The position numbers and the translations under genes are program-made. This document shows, one piece after another, positions 29,161 through 42,990 of a stretch of 64,000 bases of DNA (position 1 is its first letter; each line of letters begins with the position of its first letter). Source of the DNA: Vicugna vicugna (Eukaryota); the NCBI GenBank assembly GCA_013265495.1, contig MU058636.1, positions 3,273,967 to 3,337,966 on the forward strand, in the 5' to 3' direction. The notes beneath the pieces were generated by a model that saw nothing but the letters and a program-made list of their open reading frames with translations, made no database searches and was not told where the DNA came from.

Positions 29161-29479
29161 TTTCATTTGTAACAGACTGTCAGCTTCCCAGAGGACATCC
29201 TTGATTCTGTTCTGTACTTCTTCCTCCAACAGCGCACCACTGCAAAATGTCATGCTTCAATTTAAGGACTCAGTGAGTTTCCAGACTGTGTAAAAATAAG
29301 TCTCCAGGCTTCTTTTCCTGATCTCTTTCTACAAAGAGGCCACAGTAGGGCAGCACAGCACCACCAGCCCCCGCCCTAATCAACAGAGGCTGCCCCCTAC
29401 CAGCTTACAGCTTTTCAAGTACAGAGGACAACTGGTAATCTGCGGGTAAGTCACATGTCCACACTGCGCTCAGTTCTCC

Positions 29480-30075
29480 TATTGGAGGATACTTCCCTGT
29501 AGGGACGGGAAGAAATATGCCTTACTCTATCATATGCAAATAAGCCTGATTTCCTCCAAAAGCCAATACTCCCTTTCTAAACTATATGAATAATCAGTAT
29601 TATATGTAAGTGTTCTTACCAGCAAAGCTTGTAATAGCAAATACCTGGGAACAACCCAAACACCCAATATCAGAATAGATGCATAAATTATTATAAATTT
29701 ACATAATAGGGTACGATATTCATGTGAACATGAATTATAGCCACATGCAATAACATCAGATGACTGTATAATGCTGTGTGTAAAAATAAGTTCAAAGAAC
29801 ACATACAGTATGGTTCCAAGCAAAACAGGATACTGTTTGCAGATACAAATGTACGTACTAAAACTATAAAGAAAGGCAAGGGAACAATAAACCCTAAATC
29901 CAGGATAAACCCTCTGAAAGGGGAGCGAAGGGAGCAGGATGCAGAGGAGCTCATTGAGGGCCTTCAAGGTAACAGTAATGTTCTTTATCTTAAACTCCAC
30001 AGTGGGTACATGGATGCTATTGTATTGTGACTCCTTATTCTTATCTAAAACTTAATCATTCATATTATCTACTCA
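29480..30075 (+). mobile_element. Old L1 (L1ME-like) 3' fragment
   Basis: 'tgtaatagcaaatacctgggaacaacccaaacaccca' and typical 3' UTR motifs. Confidence 0.6.
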
Positions 30076-31169
30076 GTAGTTAGTAAACTTTAAATATGAC
30101 AAACACAATAACACAAGTAATTAAAATTATCTGAGCACCTAGAAAAATGAAATTATAGGGTTGCTACAAAGTTTTCGGCATGATCAAGAAACATGCATGT
30201 AGCAGTGATGTGGGCTCAGAGTACACATCCTCTGTTGAACCTACTGGATTACTGCCTAGCAAATCTCCATAAAAGATTGGGCAACAGAAATAGGACTGTC
30301 TAACCACACCACTCTTCCAGGATTCCAGAAGTCAAAGGGAAAGAGACCCCTTCTCAATGTGCCTTCATTCCATGCCATATTAAGAAACAGTCTAAGATAC
30401 TCTCACTTCTCCAATTGCTCAATAGGCTCCTTCTTAAGATTCCCATCTATTGAGCTCTTTCTATTTCTTCCGGGTTTCTGTTTCATGATTATTCCAAATA
30501 CTTTGGTTACATTCATTTGTTCATACATTGTTAGAATTCTAGTTTAAGAATAAGTCATTTGGAACAGGTCCTATATTCCCAAGGACAGAAACCAGATTAA
30601 AATCCTGGAAAAGAAAGAAAAATAATCTTACTTGCCATGACATTAATCTATGTGAATTAAATAAACAGGAAAACATCTCTCTCCACGGCTAATGAAAAGA
30701 AACGTAAGTTCCAAGTAGTTTACATGGATGTTTTTTACTGTAAGAACTTGGAGTCAATACATGAGACTTCTGAGTCTAAGAGAAATTATTTGGTAAGAAA
30801 TCAGGAGGCAAAAAAACAAAGCTTAAATAGAAATTAGAGGACCTATTATTTGAAATTAAACATTAATGATTAAGAATTTTCATGTCCACTCTGATCAAAT
30901 ATATGACTGCTATTTTTCAAATCAATAATTATTTATTATTTACCTAATAAGGATAGGAATTATGCTGGATATTGACACACAGATTTTGCAAACACTAATC
31001 CTGCCTTCACAGAGAAACAACATGGTGATCTGGAGTTAGCACTACATTTAGAATCCTAAAAACTGCATGCCTTCCTACTCCCAGATTCACCAATTACTGA
31101 TTATATAAGCACATCACTTAACATCCACGAGCCTCATGTTCTTCTGTAAATGGAGATAATACTTCATAC

Positions 31170-32375
31170 AATTTTTAAATCTATTTTTAATTGAAATATA
31201 ACATATATTCAGTAAAATGTACATATATCAGGTATACAACTCAATAAATTTTGGTACCATATAACCACCAGTAGGACAAGACACAGAACATTTCCCAATA
31301 TCCCAGAAAGTTTTTCATGGCCCCTGTTAGTAAGTTCAGCTGATAAAGATAACCACTGTTCTGACCCTACTATCATAGATTAGGTTTGCCTGTTCCAGTT
31401 TCAGATAAATGGAATCCTATAGTACATACTGCGTGTCTGATTTTTTCCTTTCCAGTATTCCCTGTGAAATTCATCCATGTTCCTACAAATGGGAGTTTAT
31501 CTTTATCCACAGGTGGGTACTATTCTACTGCATAAATATACAATTTATCTTTCTGTGGATGGACACCTGAGTTGTTTTGCATTTGAGGTTTATTATTAAA
31601 GCCTCTATGAACATGGGAATCATGTTCATGGTAAACAAGCATTCATTTTGGGGGGGGTGTCCCCGGGAGTAGAATAGCTGGATCACAGGGTGTACGTAAG
31701 AGTAGCTTTAGTGAAGGTAGCCTCCCGTCAGCAACGCATGAGCGTCAGCCGTTCCCTCCCAGCCATCCTGGTGGGCCTGTCTCTCGGTGGTTTTACTTCC
31801 CCTTTCCCGAATCACTACGCCGTTAAACACCTTTTCCACAATATGCTCACTGGCCATGTGAATATCTCCTTTTGTAGAGTACCCGTTCCAGTCTTTAGTC
31901 CATTTTTTTCAATCAGGTTGTTTGACTTTTTCTTACTGATTTATTGATTGTCGCCCTTTAAAGATTCTGGATACAAGTCCTTAGTCAGATATATACATTG
32001 CAAATATCTTCTATCAGTACATGGCTCTCCTCTTTGCTCTCTTAATGGTTGTCTCTTGATGAGAAGAAGTTCACATTTTACAATTCTGACTTACCAGTCT
32101 TCTACCTTTAATGCTTTTTGTCCAGTTTAATAAACCTTTGCTACCCCAAGATCATGATGATATCCCTTCCATATTTTCTTCTGAAAGTTTTATTTTATTA
32201 TTTTTACATTTTAGGTCATGATATATTTCAAATTAACTTGTCTATATGGTGTGAGGTGAAGGGTCAAGATTTTCCTCCCCACATGGATATTCAATTAAGA
32301 CAGAAGCATTTACTGGTAAGACCCACTTTTCCCCACTGAATTGCATTGGTGCCTCTTCATAAATCAAGTGACTCC
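31170..32375 (-). mobile_element. Old L1 3' fragment (sense to KATNAL1)
   Basis: T-rich reverse L1 motifs 'gatggacacctgagttg' and 'cattgcaaatatcttct'. Confidence 0.75.
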
Positions 32376-35300
32376 ACAGAATTTAATCTTTAATGATAAG
32401 TTCCGGTTCTAAAAAGAACTTTAGAAATTTTAGTTATTTGCTATCAGAAAATTATAAACAAGTATTTTAGTATGATATATTCCAGAATCTGTTAAAAATA
32501 TTTTTTTAACAAATACCGAACTCTAAATGAATGCAAGACACTGTGCTACATAATATAAAAGGCCTTTTGTATATTATGTTAAGTCTTTCCTCATTATCTA
32601 ACAAGAAAATCAATCACATTCAAAAATACATCGAGTACTAGAAGCCATGCTGGTACGAGTTGTTTTGTATCCTCAAGGGTGCTTTTTGTGCAGAAAATAC
32701 TTCTTCAAAGGTTTACTTTGATACTTTTAAATATTCAACTTATTAAAGTTAAAAATACAAAAATTCAGTTAGTCCTTAAAGCTTTTAGATTCGCTTACAA
32801 ATCTTTTTCTATGTTCAAGACTAGCAGATTTTAGAAGTCACTTTCAAGAGGCTTTTGAAGAATGCCTGATGCCATCTACCAACCTGACTGACTAAATGCC
32901 ACTAAAATTTTTAACCTACATTTATAAACGTAACATTTTACTTCCTTCTTAGTTCTTCAATTGTCTTACTTAACAAAGCATAACTTACATATAAAAACTT
33001 TCATAAACTTGGTAAATTAAACTTATAAATGAGGTAAGCCTAAATTTCTTCTAAATGTTCCCCAAAGTACTTAACATAAATTTATATGTAAAAACCACAG
33101 CTCCAAATTATTCCATAATACATTTTAAATTGGAATTGCATGCTTATCACCCTCATCAGCTATATTTTCTTAAATTACAAATACATAAAAATAATAAACA
33201 AATATGTACATATCCATTAACAAAAAATAGTATTATTATAGTTTTGATTCTCTTAGACATTTCCAATCTTAATTCTCAAATGTCCCTGGAGCTGAAAGAT
33301 GCTTACACACAGCAGAACATAAGCATCACCCAAGTTAACCAAGGTAACATTTAACCAGAAATTTCAGCTGGTATGAGATCTGGAGCTGCTAACATACTTC
33401 TCACACCAAATAGTATACAATCCCATTTAATTTCATGGGGGCTGCCTTCAGCATTTTGATGTTACCCACAGCCAGCTATTTCAGCAAGGACAGTGACTGG
33501 ATTCTTGTCAGAGATTCTGATGGCACATACTAAGCCTTATTTAAAGTTGCTAAGCCAATCACTCTATCACTTCTAAGGTGTGGGAAAGGGGATGACAACA
33601 TCACTAACTCTTTGGTGCAGTGGTAGAACTCCACCACTTCAGGCAGGTAAGTTATTTGACTGTACCTTGCTCTTCTTTGGTTCTAAAGATAGGCCCTTGC
33701 CTTTTCCATTTTATCTCTAAAGAGTCTGAACTTGAAAAACATAAAATATTAATTTATCTTCTGTATAATTCTAAAAACCTTAAAACTAGATGGACAATGG
33801 CATTCTTTCAGATTATAAGGACTACATAACTTTTACAGATTATATTAAAATATTATCAGTTGAACTTTAAACATCTCACGGTTCTTTGTCTAGCTTATAG
33901 TCAAGTGCTGAGATTATTCTACTGATTTTCAAAACATAGGGAGACAAAAACATATACATTCAAGAAGCTTATAATTTAGCTAAAAATATACACATATTTT
34001 ATGAATTATACTGGACACCTCTTTCTATCCACACATAAATACTGTAAGTAGAGCCTTGCTGAAAAAGAGTTCCCTACTAAACTGTAAACAAGAGTCCTCA
34101 AAAATAACAAACTGGCAGATAAGACCCTTAAGAACTTTGATAAATATATAAATAAAGTTTATCTCTAATGCATTAAAGATTCTATCTTTCAGTTATCTTT
34201 TCTGTAACATCAAGAAAAAACAAATAGGAATTCTTGATAAGATGTAACAAATATTCTGTTATATACATAGGTGATCTTACCAGAAGATAAAAAAGGAAAG
34301 GTCGAAAAAATAAATAAAAGAATACAGCTCATGACATGGCAGTCCTTTAGGGTTCCTGGGTCTCAAACATCGAAGGGCTTGAGATTTAAAAAGCACACAG
34401 TGAGGCCTGAGACAAGGCCTGAGGCCCACACACATCAAAGAAGATGAACTGAGACTAGTACATAAAGCCATGATGCTCAAAGGGCAGAATTTAAACATGC
34501 ACATGGAAGGAACAAGACATCTGTCTATCTGGGCCCATGTTCTGTATTTGTGGATGAGGTACAAGTCTCCCCTAGAAACAGTAACCAAGAGCCTGCTCTC
34601 ATGTGATTCGGGATTTAGTTGAATACTCCCTTAAGCAAAGAAATGTACCTAAAAGTGGTCCAGGCAGGTGACATCACTTAAGCACCTGGCTAAAGCCAAC
34701 AGAGACCCTCTCAGGAGTGGCATCCCTCTAAACAAGCCACACATTACAATGACTCAAACCTTGAAGGGACATTCTCAACTTCACCACAAACAAGAGCCCT
34801 CAGAAATAACAAAGAAAGATATGGCTCCAAATAACTTCCAACAATAGAACAATCAGTTAGAGATGATAAAATCAATGTTTAAAATGGTTAAAAGCATAAA
34901 AAAGAAGAATTTGAAACAAAAGAAACACAAATCTTAAGTAGTGTTAAATAAAAATAAATCCACACTGAAATTACTTATAGTGAAACTATTTAACACCAAG
35001 ACAAAAAACAAAATCATAAAAACAATGAGAGAGAAAAGAGAAGTTATGTACAAACAACAGATTGCTAATGCAATCTACTACCATCATTAATGTCATCTTC
35101 AAAGCCCAGACACCGCGAGCCTGGATATGTTGAGCTGAACTGAATACAGAAAAAGCAGGATGGGGACCAGGGAACAAGAGGAGGAGGTAAGAGAAGGAGA
35201 AGAGGCCAGTCAGGGAAGGAAAAAAACAAAGAGGCAGAAAAACAGAACAGTGTAGTGTTATAGAAGCCATAGTAGTAAGAGGAGTGTTCCAGAGAAGAAA

Positions 35301-35839
35301 GATGGTAAACATTATCAAATGTTGTAAAAGTTAAACCCAGTAACTCTTAAGAATTAGGCGTTGCATTTTAAATTAGGAAGCTATCTTCAAGAATTCAGCC
35401 CTAATGCTGCAATGAATGGAGATCTGGGATTTCTACTTATTAAGGAAGAAGACGCAGTGAAAGGCAACAGAGGCAGATGACAGTGGTAAGTTGGCGAGGC
35501 AAAGATTTCTTTCAATAAACATGTAAAAGTAATGTGTTATGACTTCATTCTGACTCACCACTATTTGTTCCCATTCCTCAGTCTACCTCTAATGAAATAA
35601 AATGTCTATCTTTCAGTTGTCTTTTCTGTAATATTAAAAAAAAAGATAGAAATACCAAGTTTTTAGGTAATTTATTGCAATAAATACCTAAAATTTCAAA
35701 TGAGTGACTACTGAGTTCTACAAAATAAGACAAATGCTCCCTTACATCCAAGAGATAAAATAGCCAAATGGAATGGATCTCCCACTCCCGGGACACTTCA
35801 GATGAGAACTCAGACCCTGGAAGACATCCACACCCCTGC

Positions 35840-36395
35840 CCTCACTCATGATCTTGCATGCTTTTCTTCCCTCACTGAGACCATCAGGAGAGAACTCCCA
35901 CAGGGCTCACCTTCACGTCTACCCACTTCTCTAATCCACACCCTTGATAACTCCTGTCTTCCGCCCAGCTACTCCGAGTCAGCTGTCCTGAACGATCCAC
36001 ACTCCCACCCGCCCCTCTCCCTGTCTGCTCAGGGATGCAGCTCCTGTAGTTGTCCGCTGCCTCCCGTGCACCATCAATCTCCCCTGTTCCGTGTAGTATT
36101 CTCATCAGCATACAAATGTCCTGTTACTCCTTTTCTCTCTAAAACAACAAATTTTGATTTCACGTCTTCTGCAACTACCACTCAATTTCTATGCTCTTCT
36201 TTATAGCAAGACTCGTTCAAAGAATTGCTGCATTCATTGTTTTCAATTTCTCTCTTCCCATTCTCTGAACCTACTCCATTATTCTCCACATTCACCAAAA
36301 CCGCTGATCATGGTCACCAGTGAGCTCCATGCTGCTTAATCTAGCCTAATTCTCAACCCTTATCTTACCTGACCTACATGCAGTATTTGAGAAAG
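35840..36395. mobile_element. L2 LINE remnant
   Basis: 'catggtcaccagtgagctccatgctgct...cttatcttacctgacctacatgcagtatttga' is an L2 RT-region motif. Confidence 0.6.
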
Positions 36396-36737
36396 TTGCT
36401 TAGAATCTTTAAACCTCAATTTCTTCTAAAAATAGGGGTGATGAATAAAAGTACCTATTTTAGAGGGTGGTTGTGAAGATTAAGAAATAAACCACGTGGA
36501 GAGTTTATTACCATAGCACCTAACTCACAGTTAAAAACTCAATAAATGCCAGTTATTGTGGCTCATCAGTGCTACTACCTACAGTCTACCCACAGTCTGA
36601 AAATAGAGTCCATCCTATACTCCAGACACAGAATTTTGGAAGAGAATCACTCCAGAATGCTTAGAAGTGAGTATAATCTCAACCTGCCAATCATATTAGG
36701 CAATAACATATTCCACCATATAAAGAAGGATCTTAAA

Positions 36738-36862
36738 CAGCAAAAGAGAATGTGACAATGATTGTATGTATGTTCGTGTATAGCTGAAAAATTGTGCTCT
36801 ACACTGGAATTTGACACAACATTGTAAAATGACTATAACTCAATAAAAAAATGTTTAAAAAA
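36738..36862 (+). mobile_element. Short young L1 3' end
   Basis: Exact 16-bp TSD AAAGAAGGATCTTAAA at 36722-36737 and 36863-36878; AATAAA and poly-A; similar to the end of the 50710-51103 element. Confidence 0.85.
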
Positions 36863-39800
36863 AAAGAAGGATCTTAAAATTTCCTTCTTAACATTTCTTA
36901 CTTGCTGATGATTCCTAAGTAACACTACAGATCCTAATCTCTCTTAAACTCTGGTTCTTATTTCCATTTCCTATTCAATAGCTTGGTCTGGATATTTAAG
37001 TATCTGCTTCAAATTTTCTCTCATTCTCTGCATCTCAGTAATGGCTGTCACACGCACTTCACAGGACTGCAGGCTGAGGAAGGCGGGGACTGTGTCTGTT
37101 TCTGGGTCCCACATTCCCCACACAGTGCTGGCACCTCACACAGCACTCTGGCATGCAGCAGGTACCAGCATCCGAGCTGAAGCTGTCCACAATGTCTGGG
37201 TTATTTTCTCTTACTGGTTTCTTGAGGCCAATGTCTGTGGAGGTTTTACTATTATTATTACCTTTATACTTTCCACAGGGCCAAAGATAGATTCTAGTAT
37301 ATGATGAATGTTCCTTAAATATATGCTAGATAGATCAATAATAGTGTTTTTCTTCCCAAGACTTCAAAACAATTTTACAAAACAATCTTGTCATGATATA
37401 CATCTCACAGGGGGGAAAATGAGGCAGAGGGATGTGAACTTTGCTTGGAGGATCCTTCTTTTGGTAGTGGAACTGATACAAAAACTTGCTCTCCTACCTC
37501 CCGATCCCAGGAAAATCTCCCAGAGCCTGGGTGAAAGGAACAAACACCTGTAAGGTTCAGGTGGCAGTTTATTCTCCAGGGGTACCTGACCTCGGCCTTA
37601 ACTCATCTTGTTCCAGTGCAAACTAGGATTTAAAATGCTAGCAGTTACTTAACCTATTAGGGTACCCAAAGAAAACATAAAGCAACAACTTTAATATTAA
37701 GTCAGTAAGAATTTCCTGTGCTGAAATTTGACAGAATAGTACAAATTTGATGGAAACCGCTCTCCCCATCTGTATGTATACAGAAACAGATGATTTCCCT
37801 CAGTTCCAGGTGAAATAACTATCAGAGGTCTGCTTCACCAGTACGGAGTAAGACAAACGATTGTCTTCAGGCTTGTGTATCTATTGCTAGCGCCATCTCT
37901 CCTAAAAGATGTAATTTCAAAAGACATAATACATTTACGTGTTAAGTTGAATAAAGAATACTTTATTGAATATACGCTATGTCAAATACTGCTCCAATGC
38001 AGAAAATCTTAGTTTCATGGCCTCAAGTCTCACTGGGAGAGATCATTTTAAAACGGCCTCGTTAAAGAGAATGTACTTAATAAACTTATATGGAAAATAT
38101 TATAAAATAATTTAATTAATACAAGATATCTTTAACTTAGGACACCAAGAATGATCTGAGGCTTCATCTCTTTGGAGTTTAATTCTAGCATTGCCAGTAC
38201 CTCCCAAAATCCTACGTCTGTAGCTCAATTTCCTCACATTTAAGGCAATAAATCTAATTCATTTTAAAAGATTGTTTTGATTTATCCAAGCAGCTGTTGG
38301 TGATTTAAAACAGGATCATGATTAAACTCAGAGGACACATGACATACAAGGTACAACTTCAAACAACGTGGCAAAGCACACTGGAAAGCACAGAGTGAGA
38401 CTCCCCGGGTGTGCAGGCGTGGAGGGGAAGCTGTGTGCTGTAAGTCTCTGAAGCGACAACAGACCCACGAGCAGGGCTACCAAATCCATACTTAACGACA
38501 CACAGGATGCATCCCCAAAACACTTTGTACAAGAACAAGGTAAATTACATTTTCCTATTGACCTACCCTGTAATTTCAGTGTGGTATTCCCATAGAGAAA
38601 ATTTTTAAATTACATTATTTCATTAAGCATTTTCAGCTTCTTTATTCTTCTACCACCTCCAGTAAGAATTTAACCAAGTGGATAACAGAACTGTATCAGG
38701 ACATACATGACAGAACGTATCAGGATATATAGGCGTACATCAAAACAGACCCACAGAGACACCACCAGGTATGTGCAGGAAAGTAACAGCAGAGTGAATA
38801 TAAATAAGACTCCTGAAGTTGAGATCTGGGTTCAAATCCTGGCTCTGCCACTTTCTTGTTCAGATGACTTTGGGAACATAACAAACTTCATAAGCTCAAT
38901 TTCCTCAGCAGTAAACGGGGTGCAGAGCAAAAAATTAGCAATAATATGGGTACACAATAACAGTAGCTACTTCACAGGATCATTGGAGGCTTAAATAAGA
39001 AAACATAAAGTGACCAATATTAGTTATCATCCTTTTCCTGAAAATGGTCACCTACTTCATGAGACCTGGACATTTTAAAAACCACATCCTCTCTGCCAGA
39101 GTTACTCAAAATGTCTCAGAAAACTAATGATTTACGCAGAATGTGCACGAAGGAAATAAGATTCCTTGAGGAATTTTATGAATGAAGTGATCATTTTTTA
39201 ATTGTCAGTCTCTTACTATTTATCTGAAAGAACACCACAGTACTTTATTTCGGAGTTGACAATTCATTTTACTTACTTATTACACACCAGTTACTACCTT
39301 AATCATTAAGTTCTTTTAATTAATTCCATGAGGTAAGCATCCCCATACATACCCCTTACAGGTAGTGAAGCTAATCTTTAGAAGTTAAATAACCCACACA
39401 AGGTCATAAAGCAAGGAGGTGACAGAAGCAGAACTCAAACCCAGATCTCACAGCCTCAAGTCAAGTGTCTTCCATTAAACCAAGACTATCTAAGGACTAT
39501 ATTCACTATTCACTTTCTCTAGGTGAAAATTTGATTGTTTTATATGACCTGTAGAAGAAACAAAACTGTAAAAGGAGAAAAATATTACATAACTCTAATC
39601 TCCTGTAACTTTTAACCCTAAACTTACAACCTTAATATTTGCTTATTCTATTAGCTCACGCCCACATACTGTGCCGCAAACCTGTGTCAAGTTTACCTCT
39701 TTAACGTCTGCTGAACATACGTATCACTATGGCGTTAGTAGTGGGTGAAATGTCTGTGAATCTGCTTATGTAAAGATTTTATTCATGAAGTTTAAAACTA

Positions 39801-40354
39801 CCAACCCTATGGTACTACCCAAGGTGCCAGCCAGAACGCCTTCCCTGGCAGCACCTGTGGAGCTGCTGGGTGTTTCACCGCTGTTTATAATACACATGGG
39901 AAAGGGAATCTTCTTCCCCAGGCAACATACAGCCTCAGACTTGCTTTTATGAAGGATTTCTGATCCACAGAGAAAAAATACAAACAATGGCTACATACAA
40001 GGGGAACTTTTTAAACTTAGTACGAAGGAAGGAGGTTAGGAGAAACATATTCTGCCCCGTTCATCTTTCACCTTCATCAAAAGAAAGGATGAAAGCACAA
40101 GCACAAACACAAATCAGCCCTGTGTTACGGGTACAGGCAGTTATGGGAGGCCGAAGGACAAGAAATCACTGGGCTGGTGTTTCTCTAACAGGGAGGAGTT
40201 TTCAGGTAAGTGTTCGTCAATGGGGAAGATGCCAGCCACACTTTTTATTCAGTCTGAGCCATGACCATTAACATTATTATCTACGTCTGCTTTTTGAAAT
40301 ACATCATGAGGCTCTAGCAATTAAGAATAGGTACTTCCTACACTGAAAGTTATT

Positions 40355-42990
40355 CCCAGGAACAGATGGCTTTACAGGCGAAGACTACCAAACATTTAAT
40401 GAAGAATTAATGCCAATCCTTCTCAAACTTTTCCAAAAAAAACTGAAGAAGAGGGAACATTTTCAAATTCAACAACACATGAGAAGGATTCTACACAATG
40501 ACCAAGTGGGATTTATCCCTGGGATGCCAGGGTGGTCTGACATATACAAATCAACATATGTGATACACAGTATGAATAGAATAAAAGAAAACAATCATCT
40601 CGATAGATAAGGAAAAACAAATTACAACATCCTCTCATGATAAAAACCCTCAACAAATTAGACTGTAGAAGGAACATACCTCAGCATAATAAAGACATAT
40701 GTGACAAAGCCACAGCTAACATTCTACACAACGGTGAAAGCTGAAAGCTCTCCTCTGAGATCAGGAATGAGACAAGGATGCTCATACTCACCACTTTTAT
40801 TCAACATAGTACTGAAGTCCTTGCCAGGGTGATTAGACAAGACAAATAAATAAAAGGCATCCAACTTGGAAAGGAAGAAGCAAAAATTATCATTATTTGC
40901 AGATGATACAATCTTAAAAGATAGAAAACCCTAGAGACAACCAAAAACTGTTGGAAACTAATCAGTGAATTCAGTACAGTTGCAGGATATAAGACCGACA
41001 TACAGAAATCAGTTGTGCCTCTACACACGAACAACAAAATACATATAAAAGAAATAAAGAAGATTATCCTAGTCATATTAGCATCAAAAACAATAAAATA
41101 TTTAGGAATAAATTCGACCAAGGAAGTGAAAGATCTATACAGTGAAAACTACAAGACTTCAATGAAACTGAAGAAAACACAAATAGAAAGATAGCTCACA
41201 TTCATGGATCGGAAGATTAATGATGTTAAAACATCCACACCCAAAGCCATCTACAGATTCAACATAATCCCTCTCAAAATTCCAATGGCATTTTTCACAG
41301 AACTAGAAAGAATAGTCCTAACATTTGTATGGAACCACAAAAGACCCCACACAGCCAAAGCAGTCATGAGAAAGAACAACGCCAGAGATACCACACTTTC
41401 TGGTTTCAAACTCTGTTACAAAGCTACAGTAATTAAAACAGTATAGAACTGGCATAAAAATAGACACACAGACCACTGGAGCATAACAGAGAGCTCATTC
41501 TTAGTCAGCTGACATTTGACAAGGGAGCCAAGAGCATTCAACGGGGAGAGAAGAATCTCTTCAACAAATCCTGTTGAGGAAACTGGATAACCACAAGCTG
41601 AAAATGAAATGGACACCCTATCTTACACCATGCACAAAAATGAACTCAAAATGGATTAAAAAGACTTAAATGTAAGGCCTGATATTATAAAACCCTAGAA
41701 GAAAACAAAAGGAAGCTCCTCAATATTGCTCTTGGCAATGCTTTTTTTAGATATGCCACCGAAAGCACAAGCAGCAAATGCAAAAATCAGTAAGTGGGAC
41801 AACATCAAAGTAAAAAGGTTCTGCACAGCAAAGAAACAATAAAAAAAATTAAAGGGCAAGTTACCAAATGGAGAAAATATTTGCAAACCATTTATCAGAT
41901 AAGGGGTTAATATCCAAAATGTTAAATATATATATTTATATATATATATATATATATATATAAAGAACTCATAGAATTCAGTAATGACAATAAAAATTCA
42001 ATTGAAAAGTGAGGAGAGGAATCAAATATGCTGTTTTCCCAAGAAGACATCCAGATGACCAGGTTCATGAAAAGATGCTCAACATTACTAATCATCAGGG
42101 AAATGTGAATCATAACCACCATGAGATATCATCTCACACTTGTTAGGATGATCATTACCAAGAAGTCAAGAGATAAGGGTTGGCAAGAATGCGGGAACCC
42201 TTGAGCACTGTTGATGGGAATGAAAATTGGTTCAGCCACTATGAAAAACAGTATGAAGATCCATCAAAAAATTAAAAATAGACCTACCTACCAGACAACC
42301 GAGCAATTCCACTCCTGGGCATATACCCAAAAGAAATAAAAACAGGATACTAAAGAGATACATGCACTGCCATGTTCACTGCAGCTTTATTCACACAGTA
42401 GCCAAGATACGGAAACAACGTTAAGTGTCCACCAACAGATGAATGGTTAAAGACAACGTGGTACATCTATACTGCAATGGAATATTACTCAGCCATGAGA
42501 AAGAAGGAAATCTTGCCACTTGCAACATGGATGGACCTTGAGGGCATTATGCTAAGTGAGTTAAGTCAGGTAAAGAAAGACAAATATTGTATGATATCTC
42601 TTATATGCAGAATCCAAAAAAGCCAAACTTCTAAAAACAGAGAGTAGAATGGTGGTTACCAGGGACTGGGAGATGGGGGTGGGGGTGGGCAGTTGGGAAG
42701 ATGTTTCTTAAGGGTACAAACTTGCAACCAGTAGTTAAGTAAGTCCTAGAAATCTAATGCATAGTGTAGTAATTAAACCCAACAATACTGTACCGTATAC
42801 TTCAAAGTTGCTAAGAGACTAGCTCTTAATTCTCACCAGAAAAAAAGAAATGGTAATTATGTTATGTGACAGAGTTGTTAGTGAATGCTACTGCGATGAT
42901 CATGTCACAATATGTAAATATATCAAATCAGTGTTGTACACCTTAAGCTTACAAAATGTTACATGTCAATTATGGCTAAATCAAAATAAA
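40355..42990 (+). mobile_element. L1 (L1MA-like) 3' part: degenerate ORF2 and 3' UTR
   Basis: ORF-track fragments 'HNDQVGFIPGMPGW' and '[23 protein letters not shown]...WNHKRP' are L1 ORF2 motifs; (TA)n at about 41925-41962. Confidence 0.92.

Noticed and set aside
28539..29293. Overlapping 60-170 aa ORFs, including 'MTFCSGALLEEEVQNRIKDVLWEADSLLQMKQQ...'
   Set aside because: No recognisable homology, and high GC explains the open frames; BLASTX or PhyloCSF would be needed to revive them.
38682..38730. Imperfect short duplication (acagaac(t)gtatcagga x2)
   Set aside because: Ordinary local duplication with no further structure.
40355..42990. Functional reverse transcriptase gene
   Set aside because: L1 ORF2 is 5'-truncated and broken by many stops and frameshifts.
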